Source: a virus | Taxonomy: Duplodnaviria > Caudoviricetes | Direction: 5' to 3' (one strand) | Length of the DNA: 64,000 nt | IMG/VR virus record: IMGVR_UViG_2731957752_000002 | Location: 24,025 to 88,024 of that record | The notes under the pieces: model-generated | The model's input: the letters and a program-made list of their open reading frames with translations, nothing else | Database searches by the model: none | What the model was told of the DNA's origin: nothing | Program-made: the position numbers and the translations under genes | Shown: positions 36,933-47,585 of the stretch, piece after piece | Layout of the letters: each line of letters starts with the position of its first letter | Position numbering within the stretch: the stretch's first letter is position 1

Positions 36933-37667
36933 ATGGCCGACGAAGCCACCCCCCAGGAAACCACAACTGAAAACGCTGTCGACACTCCTGTCGAAACCCC
37001 GGCCGACAATCCGGTGCCCGGTGACGCTGTACAGGTCCCCGAGTCCGAAAACCCGGTCGAAACTCCTGCCCCCGAGCAGGAAAAGCCCGCGGCAAAAACC
37101 TACGACGAAGCCTACGTCAAGAAGCTTCGCGAGGAGAACGCCGCGACCCGCGTGAAGGGTAAAGAGGCTGCGGAAAAGGCTGCACAGGATGCCGCCGCTG
37201 CTGCCGAGAAGGCCCTCACTGAGAAGTGGGCGAAGGCTCTCGGACTGACCAAGGACGACGAACCCGCCGATCCCGCTGAGCTGCTGAAGCAGGCTGAGGA
37301 GCGGGAAAAGCAGATCGCCGCAGAGCGCGACGCTGCTGCTGAACGGCTCCGCGCCTACGAGCGCAAGGACGCCATCACCAAAGCCGTCAATGACGTTGAC
37401 GGCGACCTCGAATCCATTCTCGATTCCCGCAAGATCAGCGTGGAAATCGAGAAACTCGACACGAATGCCGACGATTTCGCTGCCCAGGTGGCCGCGATCG
37501 TTTCTGCGGCAGTCGAATCCAACCCAAAGCTCAAGAAGGCTGCCGACCGGGCGTCGGCTCCTCGAAGCGGCGGTGATCTCTCGAACGGCAACGCGGCACC
37601 GAAACCGCGCGGCCCGAAAACCGTTGACGACTTCCGGCGCGAAATCGCCGAACGCAATAAGCGTTAA
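36933..37667 (+). CDS. Capsid scaffolding protein
   Basis: Acidic N-terminus, KLREENA, coiled coil; precedes capsid. Confidence 0.8.
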   Translation: MADEATPQETTTENAVDTPVETPADNPVPGDAVQVPESENPVETPAPEQEKPAAKTYDEAYVKKLREENAATRVKGKEAAEKAAQDAAAAAEKALTEKWAKALGLTKDDEPADPAELLKQAEEREKQIAAERDAAAERLRAYERKDAITKAVNDVDGDLESILDSRKISVEIEKLDTNADDFAAQVAAIVSAAVESNPKLKKAADRASAPRSGGDLSNGNAAPKPRGPKTVDDFRREIAERNKR

Positions 37668-37695
37668 GTCGTTCTGATTCTAGGAGCCACATTCA

Positions 37696-38613
37696 ATGGC
37701 TAATACCCTGCTTACCCCCGATGTTCTGGCGCGGGCCGCTCTGGCGAACCTGTACGAGCAGTTGTGCATGGTGCCGCTGGTGTACACGGATGTTTCGTCC
37801 GATTTCACTCGGACCAAGGTCGGCGAGACCGTGAACATCCGGAAGCCCGCGACCTTCACCGCGAACACCTTCGATCGGTCCAGCGGCATCACCATTCAGA
37901 ACGCGACTGAGACCAGCGTCCCGGTCGTGCTGAACACCATCAAGGACGTGTCGTTCGCGGTCACCTCGGAAGACCTGACCCTCCACCTGGAGGACTTCAC
38001 CGAGCAGCTGCTGAAGCCCGCCATGGAAGCACTGGCCCAGTCGATCGACCGCGCCATCATCGCGCAGGCGAAGGCCGACTTCACCCAGGTCGCGGGCACC
38101 CAGACCGGTTTCGAGTGGAACAAGCCCGAAGTCCTCATCGAAGCGCGGCGCCAGCTCGACATCAAGAACGTCCCGAACTCGGAGTGCGCGGCTGTTGTCG
38201 GCCCCACGACCAAGGCGAACTGGCTGAACTCCGACTGGCTGAAGCACGCCGACAAGAGCGGTTCGACCGAGGCACTGCGCAAGGGCTCGATCGGCACCGA
38301 CCTCCTGAGCTTCGACGCCTTCATGACCCAGAACATTGTCCAGCCTGCGGGTTCGCCGGCGACCGGTCAGCCGACCACCGAGGTGGGTTTGGCGTTCCAC
38401 CGGACTGCACTGGCGCTTGCTTCGGCTCCGCTGGCTCTGCCGAGCGACCAGGGCTGGGCCGCGGTCGAGTCGTACAAGGGTCTGTCGCTGCGGCTGGTGA
38501 AGCGCTACGACATCGTCAAGAAGCAGGACGTCTGCTCTCTGGACATCCTGTTCGGCACCAAGACCCTCGACGCGAACCGCGGCGTTCTGCTGCGCGGCGC
38601 TCTGGCTGCCTAA
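37696..38613 (+). CDS. Major capsid protein (P22 coat-like)
   Basis: MANTLLTPD, GETVNIRKP, AFH..A, DILFG. Confidence 0.92.
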   Translation: MANTLLTPDVLARAALANLYEQLCMVPLVYTDVSSDFTRTKVGETVNIRKPATFTANTFDRSSGITIQNATETSVPVVLNTIKDVSFAVTSEDLTLHLEDFTEQLLKPAMEALAQSIDRAIIAQAKADFTQVAGTQTGFEWNKPEVLIEARRQLDIKNVPNSECAAVVGPTTKANWLNSDWLKHADKSGSTEALRKGSIGTDLLSFDAFMTQNIVQPAGSPATGQPTTEVGLAFHRTALALASAPLALPSDQGWAAVESYKGLSLRLVKRYDIVKKQDVCSLDILFGTKTLDANRGVLLRGALAA

Positions 38614-38619
38614 TCCCGT

Positions 38620-38653
38620 GCCCGTGCCGCCTACTTCGGTGGGCGGCACGGGC
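38620..38653 (+). terminator. Stable hairpin after capsid gene
   Basis: 15-bp GC-rich stem with C(TTCG)G loop. Confidence 0.7.
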
Positions 38654-38692
38654 GCCGGTCGGTCGCCGTAATCCGTTTGGAGACAACGACAA

Positions 38693-38896
38693 GTGTCCTA
38701 TTGCTACAAGTATCTGGGCGACGATCAGGATCTGGTGGTCGAGTCCGACGAGCCGCGCCCTGATCTGCTGGAGTGGGCGTACTGGGCTGAAGTCCCCGCG
38801 CCCGTCGTGAAGCCCGAGCCGAGGCCGGAAGCCGAGTCGGAACCGGTGAAGCCTGCCCGTAAGCCGCGCGCCGCGAAGGCGGCGGAGGTCGAGTAA
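38693..38896 (+). CDS. Small virion-associated protein
   Basis: GGAG RBS; position. Confidence 0.6.
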   Translation: MSYCYKYLGDDQDLVVESDEPRPDLLEWAYWAEVPAPVVKPEPRPEAESEPVKPARKPRAAKAAEVE

Positions 38897-38898
38897 CC

Positions 38899-39321
38899 GT
38901 GCTGACCTACGCCGTACCGGACGACCTTGCAGACGGCTGGATCATCGGCGACCTGCCAGACGACGCGACCGCGAACGTCTTGATCCGGTACGCCTCACAG
39001 TTGGTGCGGAAAGCAACTCGGCTCGACCTCTACGAAGTCGACCCCGCCGGATTGCCCACCGAACCCGACGTGATCGAGGCCATGCGCGACGCCACCTGCG
39101 TTCACGTGGCCATGTGGCACACCGCTGGCATCAACCCTGCTGGGGGCGCGGTCGGTCGAGAGGTTGCGATCAAGTCGCAGACCGCAGATGGCGGATCCAC
39201 CACCTATATGGATGCGCCGAGCGCGGAGGAGATTCAGCGTTCGCTGGAGTACCTGTGCGCGGCGGGCATCGACATCCTCCGCAACGCGGGGCTTGCGTCG
39301 ACGAGGCCGTGCACATGGTGA
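38899..39321 (+). CDS. Head-tail adaptor
   Basis: Position; DATC...ILRNAGL. Confidence 0.75.
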   Translation: MLTYAVPDDLADGWIIGDLPDDATANVLIRYASQLVRKATRLDLYEVDPAGLPTEPDVIEAMRDATCVHVAMWHTAGINPAGGAVGREVAIKSQTADGGSTTYMDAPSAEEIQRSLEYLCAAGIDILRNAGLASTRPCTW

Positions 39322-39695
39322 GGTACGCAGCCCCGAAGTTCACCAACGGGACGATGCTGACCGTCGTCCGCCGCGGTACAGCGAACGACCGGAACTGGGA
39401 AGGCGACTACGAAACACCAACGGAGTCGACACATCAGATCGGCCCTTGCGACATGAAGTGGCTGACCGACACCGAGGACAACTCCACCGGTGAACTGTTG
39501 CAGCGGCTCGCCCAAATCACAGCCCCGCTCGGCTCGGATGTGCTGGCTACGGATGGGATTCGGGTGCCTGGCATCACTGAAGACTTCGTGATCGACGGCG
39601 CTGTCCGGATGACCCCTAATCCGTTCACTGGTTGGGCGACGGGGGTTCGGTTTCGGATCGCGAAGGACGGCGGCAGTGGAATACGACAGCGCTGA
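39315..39695 (+). CDS. Head-closure/stopper protein
   Basis: Position; DV.ATD...NPFTGW. Confidence 0.7.
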   Translation: MVRYAAPKFTNGTMLTVVRRGTANDRNWEGDYETPTESTHQIGPCDMKWLTDTEDNSTGELLQRLAQITAPLGSDVLATDGIRVPGITEDFVIDGAVRMTPNPFTGWATGVRFRIAKDGGSGIRQR

Positions 39696-39975
39696 CTTCG
39701 ACCTCGACACCACGTTCATGCGGACCTCGCCGGAACTCACCGAGTTCGTGCACGAGATCGCGGAACAGGGCGCGGACAGGTGGGCAGCGCGCAGTAAGTG
39801 GAGGACGGGCTTTAACGCAACCAGCGTGTCCGCACATTCCGGCCCCGGCGAATCTGGCGACATCGAAGGCGTCACCTACGCCTCCGGCTACTACTCCCGC
39901 TTCCGCGAGCACGGCACCCGCTGGAACCGGCCCGAGCATGTGATGCACGACTTCATCCGAGACGTGGAGGGGTGA
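39676..39975 (+). CDS. Neck protein (HK97 gp10-like)
   Basis: RTG...EHGT motif. Confidence 0.7.
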   Translation: MEYDSADFDLDTTFMRTSPELTEFVHEIAEQGADRWAARSKWRTGFNATSVSAHSGPGESGDIEGVTYASGYYSRFREHGTRWNRPEHVMHDFIRDVEG

Positions 39976-39979
39976 CCGA

Positions 39980-40357
39980 ATGCCGCTGCCTCCGTACCCG
40001 GAGTTCGACGAAGTCATGCGCGCGCTTTTGGGTGACCTTGCTCCGGTCGTCACGTTCGAATCCGACGAAATCGAACCTCCGTTCATCTATGTCACCCGCG
40101 TGGGTGGCCGGGAAGACGACGTGTTCGACAGCCCATTGATCGACGTCGAATACGTCGCCGCAACGCGTGCCGAGTCGAAGCAGTTGAAGACCGCGGGCCA
40201 GGAACGCATCCGCGCCGCAGGCAACACCGCGCCCGGCGGGTTCTTGATCGACACCGCCGAGGAAACCACTGGCGGGCAATACATTCCGCCGCAGAACCGG
40301 CAGCTTCGCGGCATCACCGCGACCGTGCGTCTCTCCTATCGACGCCCGCGCGCCTAG
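39980..40357 (+). CDS. Tail terminator
   Basis: VTRVGG; position before major tail gene. Confidence 0.75.
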   Translation: MPLPPYPEFDEVMRALLGDLAPVVTFESDEIEPPFIYVTRVGGREDDVFDSPLIDVEYVAATRAESKQLKTAGQERIRAAGNTAPGGFLIDTAEETTGGQYIPPQNRQLRGITATVRLSYRRPRA

Positions 40358-40432
40358 CCACTCTTTTCACTCTTCACGCCACCCGCGTATCTGCGCGGGT
40401 TCTGTGGCGTGCCCATTTCAAGGGGATTCTTC

Positions 40433-41353
40433 ATGCCCGCAGCAACTTTCGAGCAGGTCGCCAACTGGCGACCCTCGCTCATCCGCCGCCCGAACAAGGG
40501 CTTCGCCCTCATCGGCGACATGTCCGCCACCATCCCGGCCGCGTTCACCTCGGGTGTGGCCGCCGAGTTCCAGAGCCTCGCCAGCAGCGGCTTCGAGAGC
40601 CTGGGTCTCACCGCCAAGGACGCACCCCCGACTTTCCGCCCGGAAATCGAATCCAGCGACGTCGAGGCATGGGGCGCTTTGGAGCCGCCCCGCACCGACA
40701 TCATCTCCCGGAAGATGACCGTCTCCACCACGCTGCTTCAGACACAGCGGCGTTCGCTGGAGCTGTACAGCGGTCTCGACCTGTCCGCGGTGACCGCTGA
40801 TGCGACCACCAAGGAAATCAGCTACAACGACCCGACCGCACCCGAAACCCGGTATCACCGACTGATTTTCGGCATGGTCGACGGCGCGGGCGATAACCAG
40901 ATCTGGATCCTGCGCATCCTGCCGCGCGCGACCGTCACCGAGATCGGTGAGCAGTCGTGGGCTCAGGACGGCGCTCTCAACTACAACATCACCTGGGCGG
41001 CGAAGATCGACGAAACCCTCGGCTACTCGATGAAGAACGTCATCTGTGGTCCCGGTGTCGGCCCGTTGCTGGATGAGATGGGCTTCGAGGCTGTCGCGGC
41101 TGTTCCGACGATTTCCGGTCGCGCTCCGTCCGGCAACCTGGCGACCGCGGGCGGCGAGATCCTGGTGCTGTCCGGTCAGCACTTCACCGGCGTCACTGGC
41201 GTCACGGTTGGTGGTACTGCTGCGACCGATTTCCAGCTCATCGACGATCTGACTCTGTCGATCATCACCCCGGCGAAGACCGCGGGCAGCCACAACATCG
41301 TGGTCACCAACGCGACCGGCCCTTCGGCTGGCTTCGCCGTCACCTACGCCTAA
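40433..41353 (+). CDS. Major tail protein with C-terminal IPT/TIG domain
   Basis: EPPRTDI; AGG....SG.HF..V..VTVGG. Confidence 0.88.
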   Translation: MPAATFEQVANWRPSLIRRPNKGFALIGDMSATIPAAFTSGVAAEFQSLASSGFESLGLTAKDAPPTFRPEIESSDVEAWGALEPPRTDIISRKMTVSTTLLQTQRRSLELYSGLDLSAVTADATTKEISYNDPTAPETRYHRLIFGMVDGAGDNQIWILRILPRATVTEIGEQSWAQDGALNYNITWAAKIDETLGYSMKNVICGPGVGPLLDEMGFEAVAAVPTISGRAPSGNLATAGGEILVLSGQHFTGVTGVTVGGTAATDFQLIDDLTLSIITPAKTAGSHNIVVTNATGPSAGFAVTYA

Positions 41354-41448
41354 TCCGGCCTTCCTAGTCGTCGCTCCGCGCGTGTTTCCTGGCCGCGCGC
41401 GGAGCGGCCTTCTCTCTCAACGACTTTCGGCCAGGCCAGGAGATTCCT

Positions 41449-41643
41449 ATGGCTTTCGAACCCATCTACATGGTGTCCCCCGCCGGCGTGCGCGTGCTCG
41501 TCGGCTCCGCTGTGGAGCGCGAAACCCTGCGCTCGCGCGGCTACACGCTGGCGACGCCTGAGCCGGAACCCGTGCGCAAGCCGGCGCCCGTCGCCAAGCC
41601 CGTCGACGAACGCGCCACCAGCACCCCGAAGACCAGCAAGTAA
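41449..41643 (+). CDS. Small hypothetical protein
   Basis: AGGAG RBS. Confidence 0.65.
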   Translation: MAFEPIYMVSPAGVRVLVGSAVERETLRSRGYTLATPEPEPVRKPAPVAKPVDERATSTPKTSK

Positions 41644-41667
41644 CCCCCTCTGCCAGGAGAAACAGCA

Positions 41668-42042
41668 ATGCCTGCACCGAAGAAGACCACCGATGCACCT
41701 GTGAAGTCGCGTTGGGCGACTCTGCGTGATGAAGCGCTCGCTGACCGCAAGGTTGTCGAGCCGTACGTTTTCGACGGCACCGAGCCGCCCACCTTGATCG
41801 GCGCCCCCGACACCGTGGAGCAGGTCACCGCTCTCGCCGAACTGGTCGACGCAGACGGCAGTTTCGATTACAAGGACATCCGGCGTTTGTTCGCCAACGT
41901 GTGCGGCGACGCCTTCGACGCCGTGTGGGCAGTGATCCGCCGCGAACCTATCGACGTCCTCGTCCCACTCATCCAGGACATCAACAAGCATTTCAACGCT
42001 GTGCCCGGTGAGGAGGGCAACGATCTGCCGGGGGGCGCCTAG
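41668..42042 (+). CDS. Tail assembly chaperone
   Basis: Position; ends at slippery site. Confidence 0.85.
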   Translation: MPAPKKTTDAPVKSRWATLRDEALADRKVVEPYVFDGTEPPTLIGAPDTVEQVTALAELVDADGSFDYKDIRRLFANVCGDAFDAVWAVIRREPIDVLVPLIQDINKHFNAVPGEEGNDLPGGA

Positions 42043-42485
42043 CCCTGGTTCTCCTGATCGAGGATTACGGGGCTGACATCGAATGGGACCTCCAGGACCG
42101 GAACGTCGACCTACACGACTACTTCCGTGGCCGACGTCCCTGGGCACAGCTGTACAGGTTCCTTGCCCGACTGCCTGAAGACGGCTGGTACAAGTCCGCG
42201 CTCGCAATGAACGAGGACATCGGCCGGATCCGAGCCGAGCAGCCGTTGCCCGAGAAGATCCCACCTCCAACGCCTTTGGGCTACAGCCTGCCAGTGCTGC
42301 TGCAACTGCGGCAGATCGACCTGACCAAGGAACTGCTGCGAGCACTGCCCGCGGTATTCGGCGGAAAACTTCCGCCTCCGTTCCCGCCTGAACCGCGGCC
42401 ACAGACCGCGGAGCAGCGGATCCGGGACGAGCAGGAAACCAACAACGTCCTCGACGCCCTCAGACAGATGGGCTTCTCTGCCTAA
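42030..42485 (+). CDS. Tail assembly chaperone -1 frameshift extension
   Basis: -1 frame open from G-run: ...IEWDL..VDL.DYFRG.RPW..L. Confidence 0.8.
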   Translation, partial: GGRLALVLLIEDYGADIEWDLQDRNVDLHDYFRGRRPWAQLYRFLARLPEDGWYKSALAMNEDIGRIRAEQPLPEKIPPPTPLGYSLPVLLQLRQIDLTKELLRALPAVFGGKLPPPFPPEPRPQTAEQRIRDEQETNNVLDALRQMGFSA

Positions 42486-42497
42486 AGGCGGTGTCGT

Positions 42498-45400
42498 ATG
42501 GCTGATTGGCCCGCGTACAAGGCTGGGTCGGCTCGGCTGACTCTTAGACCGAAGCTCGCCAATGACTTCCGCGCCCAGGTCAAGAAGCAGCTCGCACCGA
42601 TCAACGAGTCGCTGAAGGTCACCGTCGAACCGGTGTTGATGCGCGGATTCAAAACGGATCTGCGCACCAAGCTCAACGCCGCCACCAAGGGCCTGTCGGT
42701 TGACATCGAGGCTCGCCCGAAGCTGGCGGCTGGTTTCCGCACTGACCTGCGGAACAAGCTGAATGCCGCCACCGCTGGCATGACTGTCAAGGTCGGCGTC
42801 AAGATCGACACGACCGGCGTCCGGTCCCGCATCCGTGGCGCCACCACCGGCGTGGGGAATGTGAAGATCCCCGTCGATGTCGACCTCACGCAGGCGACGG
42901 CGCAACTGGAAGCGTTCCGTACAGGGCAAGCCGCCATCCCGTTGACGATGAATGTCAACGTGGACACGGCGGCGGCGGTCGCCCAACTGATGGCACTGCG
43001 CTCGCTGGCCGGTGCTGTCGGTGAACAGGTGGGTGGCATCGGCACGGCGGGTGCTCTCGGCCGCGGCGGCCGATTGCGCGGCAACATCTTCACCCGCCCC
43101 ATCCGGGCGATCCGCCTGCAAGTCGAACTTGACCGCGCCTCTGTGGCCCGCGCTGAAGCCGAGGTCGCGAACATCGCAGCCCGCCTGAGCACCGCTCGGC
43201 AGCGGCAGGGCGATGCGCTCGACCGTCTGCGGCTGGCGGAGGAACGCCACAACGAAGTGATGTCGCGAGCGAACTCGACTGCGTCGCAACGCCTCGCGTC
43301 CACGCAACGCCTCGCTCGCGCGCAACGAGACCTTGCCGACGCGCAAGGCCGCGTCAACGGCCTGCTGGGCGAGGAGCACCGCGCGAACCAGCGGCTTGAT
43401 CGTGCTAACCGTGATCAGAACGGATTCAGGCGTGTAGGCCGATTGTTCGGCGCTGGCCTCTCGGGGCTGACCTCGGCAATCGGCGATGCAGCCCGAAACA
43501 TGTTCACGTTCCGGAACATCACCAACGTCGCGCTCGTCGGCTTGGTCGCGTTGGCTGCTGTCTCACTGGTCCCGCTGATCGGTCAGCTGGTACAGGCGGC
43601 GGGTGTGGTCGCGATCCTCCCGGCCGCGCTGTCCGGTGTGGTTGCGGTGATCTCCACCCTTGTCGTGGGCACTCGTGGCATCGGCGATGCATTCAAGGCG
43701 GCGAGCAAGGCTGCCGAATCTGCTGGTGAAGACGCTGAGGCGCACGCGAAGAACGTCGCGAATGCGCAGAAGGCTGCGGCGAGCGCTGCCCGCGGTGTGG
43801 CTGATGCCCAGCGGGGGATCGTCACTGCCGAGCGCGGTGTCCGTGATGCGCAGCGCAACACCCTCCAGGCGCAGAAAGACCTCAACAGGGCGCGCGCAGA
43901 CGCCAAGAAGAACATCGACGACCTCAACCGCGCGCTTGGTCGGACCGCGCTCAACGAGCAGTCCGCGGCGATCGCGGTTGCGGAAGCACATCGAGAGATG
44001 CTGCGGACCTTCGCCGATCCCGAAGCGGACGCGATCGACCGCGCTCGGGCCCAGAACTCGTACAACCAAGCGTTGGTCGACCAGCAGGACGTCCTCCGGG
44101 AGACCAACGAGCTGCGGGAACGCGCGGCAGAGGCGAATGAGAAGGGCGTCGACGGCTCAGACGAGGTCGTTTCCGCACAGGAGCGTGTGAATCAGGCCAT
44201 CGAGTCTGAGGGTGACGCACGCCAGACATTGGCTGACGCTCACGTTCGCCTTGCCGATGCGCAGGCGGCGCTTGTCGAGGCGCAGCAAGGCGTCATCGAC
44301 GCGATGAACGAAGGCAGCACTGCCGCTGAGGCTTTCGAGAAGGCGATGGGCAAGTTGTCGCCCGCCGCGCAGGACTTCGTTCGGCAGGTGCTTGCGCTCA
44401 AGCCCGCGTTGGGTGAGCTGCGGCGGGCCGTGCAGGAGTCGCTGTTCACCGGCCTCGGGGATTCGGTCACGAGCCTGGCGAACCCGAAGTGGATTGACAC
44501 GCTGCGGACCGGGCTCACCGGGATCGCGGCGGAGATCAACGGCGGTGTTCGTCGTGCCCTTGCCGACCTGGATACGGATGCCAGCCGCAGCAAGGTCGCG
44601 GGAATCTTCGAGAATGTCCGCCAATCCATCGGTCCAGTACTCGATGGGCTGAACGACATCCTTCAGGGCTTTCTGTCGTTGTCGCAGGTCGGCAGCGAAT
44701 TCCTGCCCGGCTTGTCCGGAGGCTTCGGCGATCTGGCTGAACGGTTCCGGCGGTGGGCGGAGTCGCCCGAGGGGCAGGAGCAGTTCCGCAACTTCCTGCG
44801 TGAATCGTTGCGCACCTTCGGGCAACTGATGGACATCGTCAAGGAGTTCGCAGGTCTTGTCGGCGAGATCTTCCGAGGCTCGGACGAGGTCGGCGAGTCG
44901 TGGTTTGACTCCATCCAACGTGCACTTCGCGAATGGCGTGAATACCTGAGCACACCGGAAGGGCAACAGCGGCTCAGGGACTTCTTCGGCGGTGTCCAAG
45001 ACACCGTCAAGGGCATCCTCGATGTGATCCGCGAGATCGTCAAGCTGATTGACCGCATCGACGGCTGGAACCTCGATGAGCGGTTCGAGAGGTCACCTGT
45101 CGGCGCTATCGCCGGGCTGGCTGACCCGGACAAATCTGCTGGCGAGAAAGCGCTGGGTGTTGGCAAGGGCATCGGTGGCGTCCTGTGGGATTTCAGCCCC
45201 ATCGGCGTGCAAGGAAAGCTCGCGCTGACCGGCTTTAAAGACGCGGCCACCATCGCGCAGGCTGCATGGGATGGGTTCACCGACGCAATCGAGGATGAAG
45301 CCGGTGCCGTCGTCGGCAAGTTCTATGAATTGGGTACGAGCGCAGCCGATTTCGGTTCCCGCGCTTGGGATTCGCTGACCAATAAGGTCGTCCCCGCTTT

Positions 45401-47579
45401 TGCCAGCCTCGTTACCAAATTGCCGGACGTCGAGTCTTCGCTTGAGGACTTCAAGTCCTCTGCCTCGGACAAGTTCAATCTTCTCCAGAACGTGACGTCG
45501 TCGGTGTTCGACAAGATCACCGGCCCCGAAGTGTTCGGCAAGTTCAGGGACGCCCTCTCGGAGTTTCCGAGCTTCTTCGATGAGATGGTTCGCGGAATCG
45601 GCTCCGCCTGGTCAAAGGTCACTTCAGCCATTCAAGGACCGATCAACTCCGTCATCGACGTCCTAAACTCGTTCGGCGACATCTGGAACAAGGTCGCCGG
45701 CAAGCTCGGGCTGCCGACCTGGGATCCGATCGACCACGTCGGGGTGACCGGCCAGTCCGCGACGTTCGACAAGCCTCTTGTCGGTGCTCGCGCGATGGGT
45801 GGCCCTGGTGGTCCCGTCAACGGTCCCGGCAACGGCAAGGACGACAAAGCTGGACTGTATCGGCTCTCCCGTGGTGAACATGTCTGGACCGCAGACGAGG
45901 TCCGTGCCGCGGGCGGGCATGACGCGATGTATCAGATGCGTCGCTCCGTGCTCAAGACGGGCGGTCAGCAGTCGCGTGGCGATGGCTTCGCTGACGGCGG
46001 CGGCGTCGTCAAGACGTCGGATCCGCTGGACCCGATCCAAATGCAGCTGTGGGACTTGGTCCGAACCGCTATTCCGTCGGCCGTTCTGACGAGCGCGAAG
46101 CGCTTCGTCGATGTGGGCAGCGGCTACGACCTGCACATGCAGGGCAAGGCGATTGACCTCGGCGGCCCGATGCAGGACATCAGTCGCTGGATCTACAACA
46201 CCTACCCGCAGAGTGCGGAACTCATCCACTGGCCCCTCAATGGCTGGCAAAACTTGGATGAGGGTAGGCCGCACGACTTCGGAGCGGTCACCAACAACCA
46301 GCATCGTGACCATGTCCACTGGGCGGCCAACGATTTCCTCGCTCCTCTGTCGGAGGAGGAAAAGAAGGGCTTGTTCGACCGTGTCCGCGAGGGCATCGGC
46401 GGCATCGTCTCCGGCGGTCGCTCGCTGTTGGTGGACAACCTGTTGGCAAAGCCGCTGCGCGGTCTCGCCGACCAGGTGCCCGTGTTCGACGGCTTGGGCG
46501 AGTTCGGTCAGATCCCGAAGGCTTTCGCGCGGAAGATGGCGGACACTGTCATCGGCTGGGTGACTAGTCGTCTCGGTGGCAGCTCCGGCAGTGCTGGCCC
46601 GTTCGCGGACTGGCAGCCGTCTGCTGGTGCTGAGCAGTGGCGTCAGATGATGATCGACGCCTATCGCAACCAAGGGTATGAGCCGACTCCCGAGAAGATC
46701 GACGCCTGGGTGCGTCAGATCGACACCGAATCGGGCGGCAATCCGAACATCGCTCAGCAGATCGTGGACGTCAACGGGACGGGCGAGGCTGCCGGTGTCG
46801 GTCTGGGGCAAATGATCCCGACGACGTGGCAGGCATACCGCGACCCGTCACTGCCCGACAACCGGCGTGATCCGTGGGCGATGACGAACGCGATGGTCCG
46901 CTACGGCGAACAGAAGTACGGCGCCCAACTGCTGTCTGTGATCGGTCGCGGCCATGGCTACGACCAGGGCGGAATCCTCAAGAACAAGCATTGGGGGTTC
47001 AACCTCTCCGGCTTGCCGGAGGCGGTTCTGACGAACCCGCAGTGGCAAATGTTCGACCAGTTCGTGCAGTCGATCCCTGGGTTCAACCAGCAACTCAAGG
47101 CGATTCCGCAACCGCTCGAAGGCGGAACCAGCCCGACGTTGCCCTCACCGGTCACACCTGGCGTGGACACGTTCGAGATGGTCGGCGCGAAAGCTCAACA
47201 GCGCTTCACCAGCGCGCTGCAAAGCGGTTTCGACGACCTCCTGTCCTCAACGCTTGGCCCGCTCGGGCTGCCGGATCCGCGCACGCTAGTCCCGTCCGAA
47301 GTCATCGACTACGGCAAGCAGTTGGCGGCATGGGACCAGGCACGGATGGCGTCCGCGCAGGCGTCGCAGAGCCTCGCCCAGTCCGGGTATCAGGCCGCGG
47401 CTGTCCCTGGGACGGGCGCCGCGAACATGGTCACCCAGAACTCGACGGGCGGAGCGACGGTCAACAACATCGACAACTCGATGGTGTTCAACATCAGCGC
47501 CGCCAACCCTGGCGAAGGGCTGCGGAAGGCTCAGCAGTTCGCCGACCTCCACGCACTTCAGCACACTGCAAAGGGTTAG
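42498..47579 (+). CDS. Tape measure protein with C-terminal cell-wall hydrolase domains
   Basis: 1693 aa helical; H..GKAID...H.DHVH and TESGGNP...GLGQ.IP.TW (transglycosylase). Confidence 0.95.
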   Translation: MADWPAYKAGSARLTLRPKLANDFRAQVKKQLAPINESLKVTVEPVLMRGFKTDLRTKLNAATKGLSVDIEARPKLAAGFRTDLRNKLNAATAGMTVKVGVKIDTTGVRSRIRGATTGVGNVKIPVDVDLTQATAQLEAFRTGQAAIPLTMNVNVDTAAAVAQLMALRSLAGAVGEQVGGIGTAGALGRGGRLRGNIFTRPIRAIRLQVELDRASVARAEAEVANIAARLSTARQRQGDALDRLRLAEERHNEVMSRANSTASQRLASTQRLARAQRDLADAQGRVNGLLGEEHRANQRLDRANRDQNGFRRVGRLFGAGLSGLTSAIGDAARNMFTFRNITNVALVGLVALAAVSLVPLIGQLVQAAGVVAILPAALSGVVAVISTLVVGTRGIGDAFKAASKAAESAGEDAEAHAKNVANAQKAAASAARGVADAQRGIVTAERGVRDAQRNTLQAQKDLNRARADAKKNIDDLNRALGRTALNEQSAAIAVAEAHREMLRTFADPEADAIDRARAQNSYNQALVDQQDVLRETNELRERAAEANEKGVDGSDEVVSAQERVNQAIESEGDARQTLADAHVRLADAQAALVEAQQGVIDAMNEGSTAAEAFEKAMGKLSPAAQDFVRQVLALKPALGELRRAVQESLFTGLGDSVTSLANPKWIDTLRTGLTGIAAEINGGVRRALADLDTDASRSKVAGIFENVRQSIGPVLDGLNDILQGFLSLSQVGSEFLPGLSGGFGDLAERFRRWAESPEGQEQFRNFLRESLRTFGQLMDIVKEFAGLVGEIFRGSDEVGESWFDSIQRALREWREYLSTPEGQQRLRDFFGGVQDTVKGILDVIREIVKLIDRIDGWNLDERFERSPVGAIAGLADPDKSAGEKALGVGKGIGGVLWDFSPIGVQGKLALTGFKDAATIAQAAWDGFTDAIEDEAGAVVGKFYELGTSAADFGSRAWDSLTNKVVPAFASLVTKLPDVESSLEDFKSSASDKFNLLQNVTSSVFDKITGPEVFGKFRDALSEFPSFFDEMVRGIGSAWSKVTSAIQGPINSVIDVLNSFGDIWNKVAGKLGLPTWDPIDHVGVTGQSATFDKPLVGARAMGGPGGPVNGPGNGKDDKAGLYRLSRGEHVWTADEVRAAGGHDAMYQMRRSVLKTGGQQSRGDGFADGGGVVKTSDPLDPIQMQLWDLVRTAIPSAVLTSAKRFVDVGSGYDLHMQGKAIDLGGPMQDISRWIYNTYPQSAELIHWPLNGWQNLDEGRPHDFGAVTNNQHRDHVHWAANDFLAPLSEEEKKGLFDRVREGIGGIVSGGRSLLVDNLLAKPLRGLADQVPVFDGLGEFGQIPKAFARKMADTVIGWVTSRLGGSSGSAGPFADWQPSAGAEQWRQMMIDAYRNQGYEPTPEKIDAWVRQIDTESGGNPNIAQQIVDVNGTGEAAGVGLGQMIPTTWQAYRDPSLPDNRRDPWAMTNAMVRYGEQKYGAQLLSVIGRGHGYDQGGILKNKHWGFNLSGLPEAVLTNPQWQMFDQFVQSIPGFNQQLKAIPQPLEGGTSPTLPSPVTPGVDTFEMVGAKAQQRFTSALQSGFDDLLSSTLGPLGLPDPRTLVPSEVIDYGKQLAAWDQARMASAQASQSLAQSGYQAAAVPGTGAANMVTQNSTGGATVNNIDNSMVFNISAANPGEGLRKAQQFADLHALQHTAKG

Positions 47580-47585
47580 AAGTAA

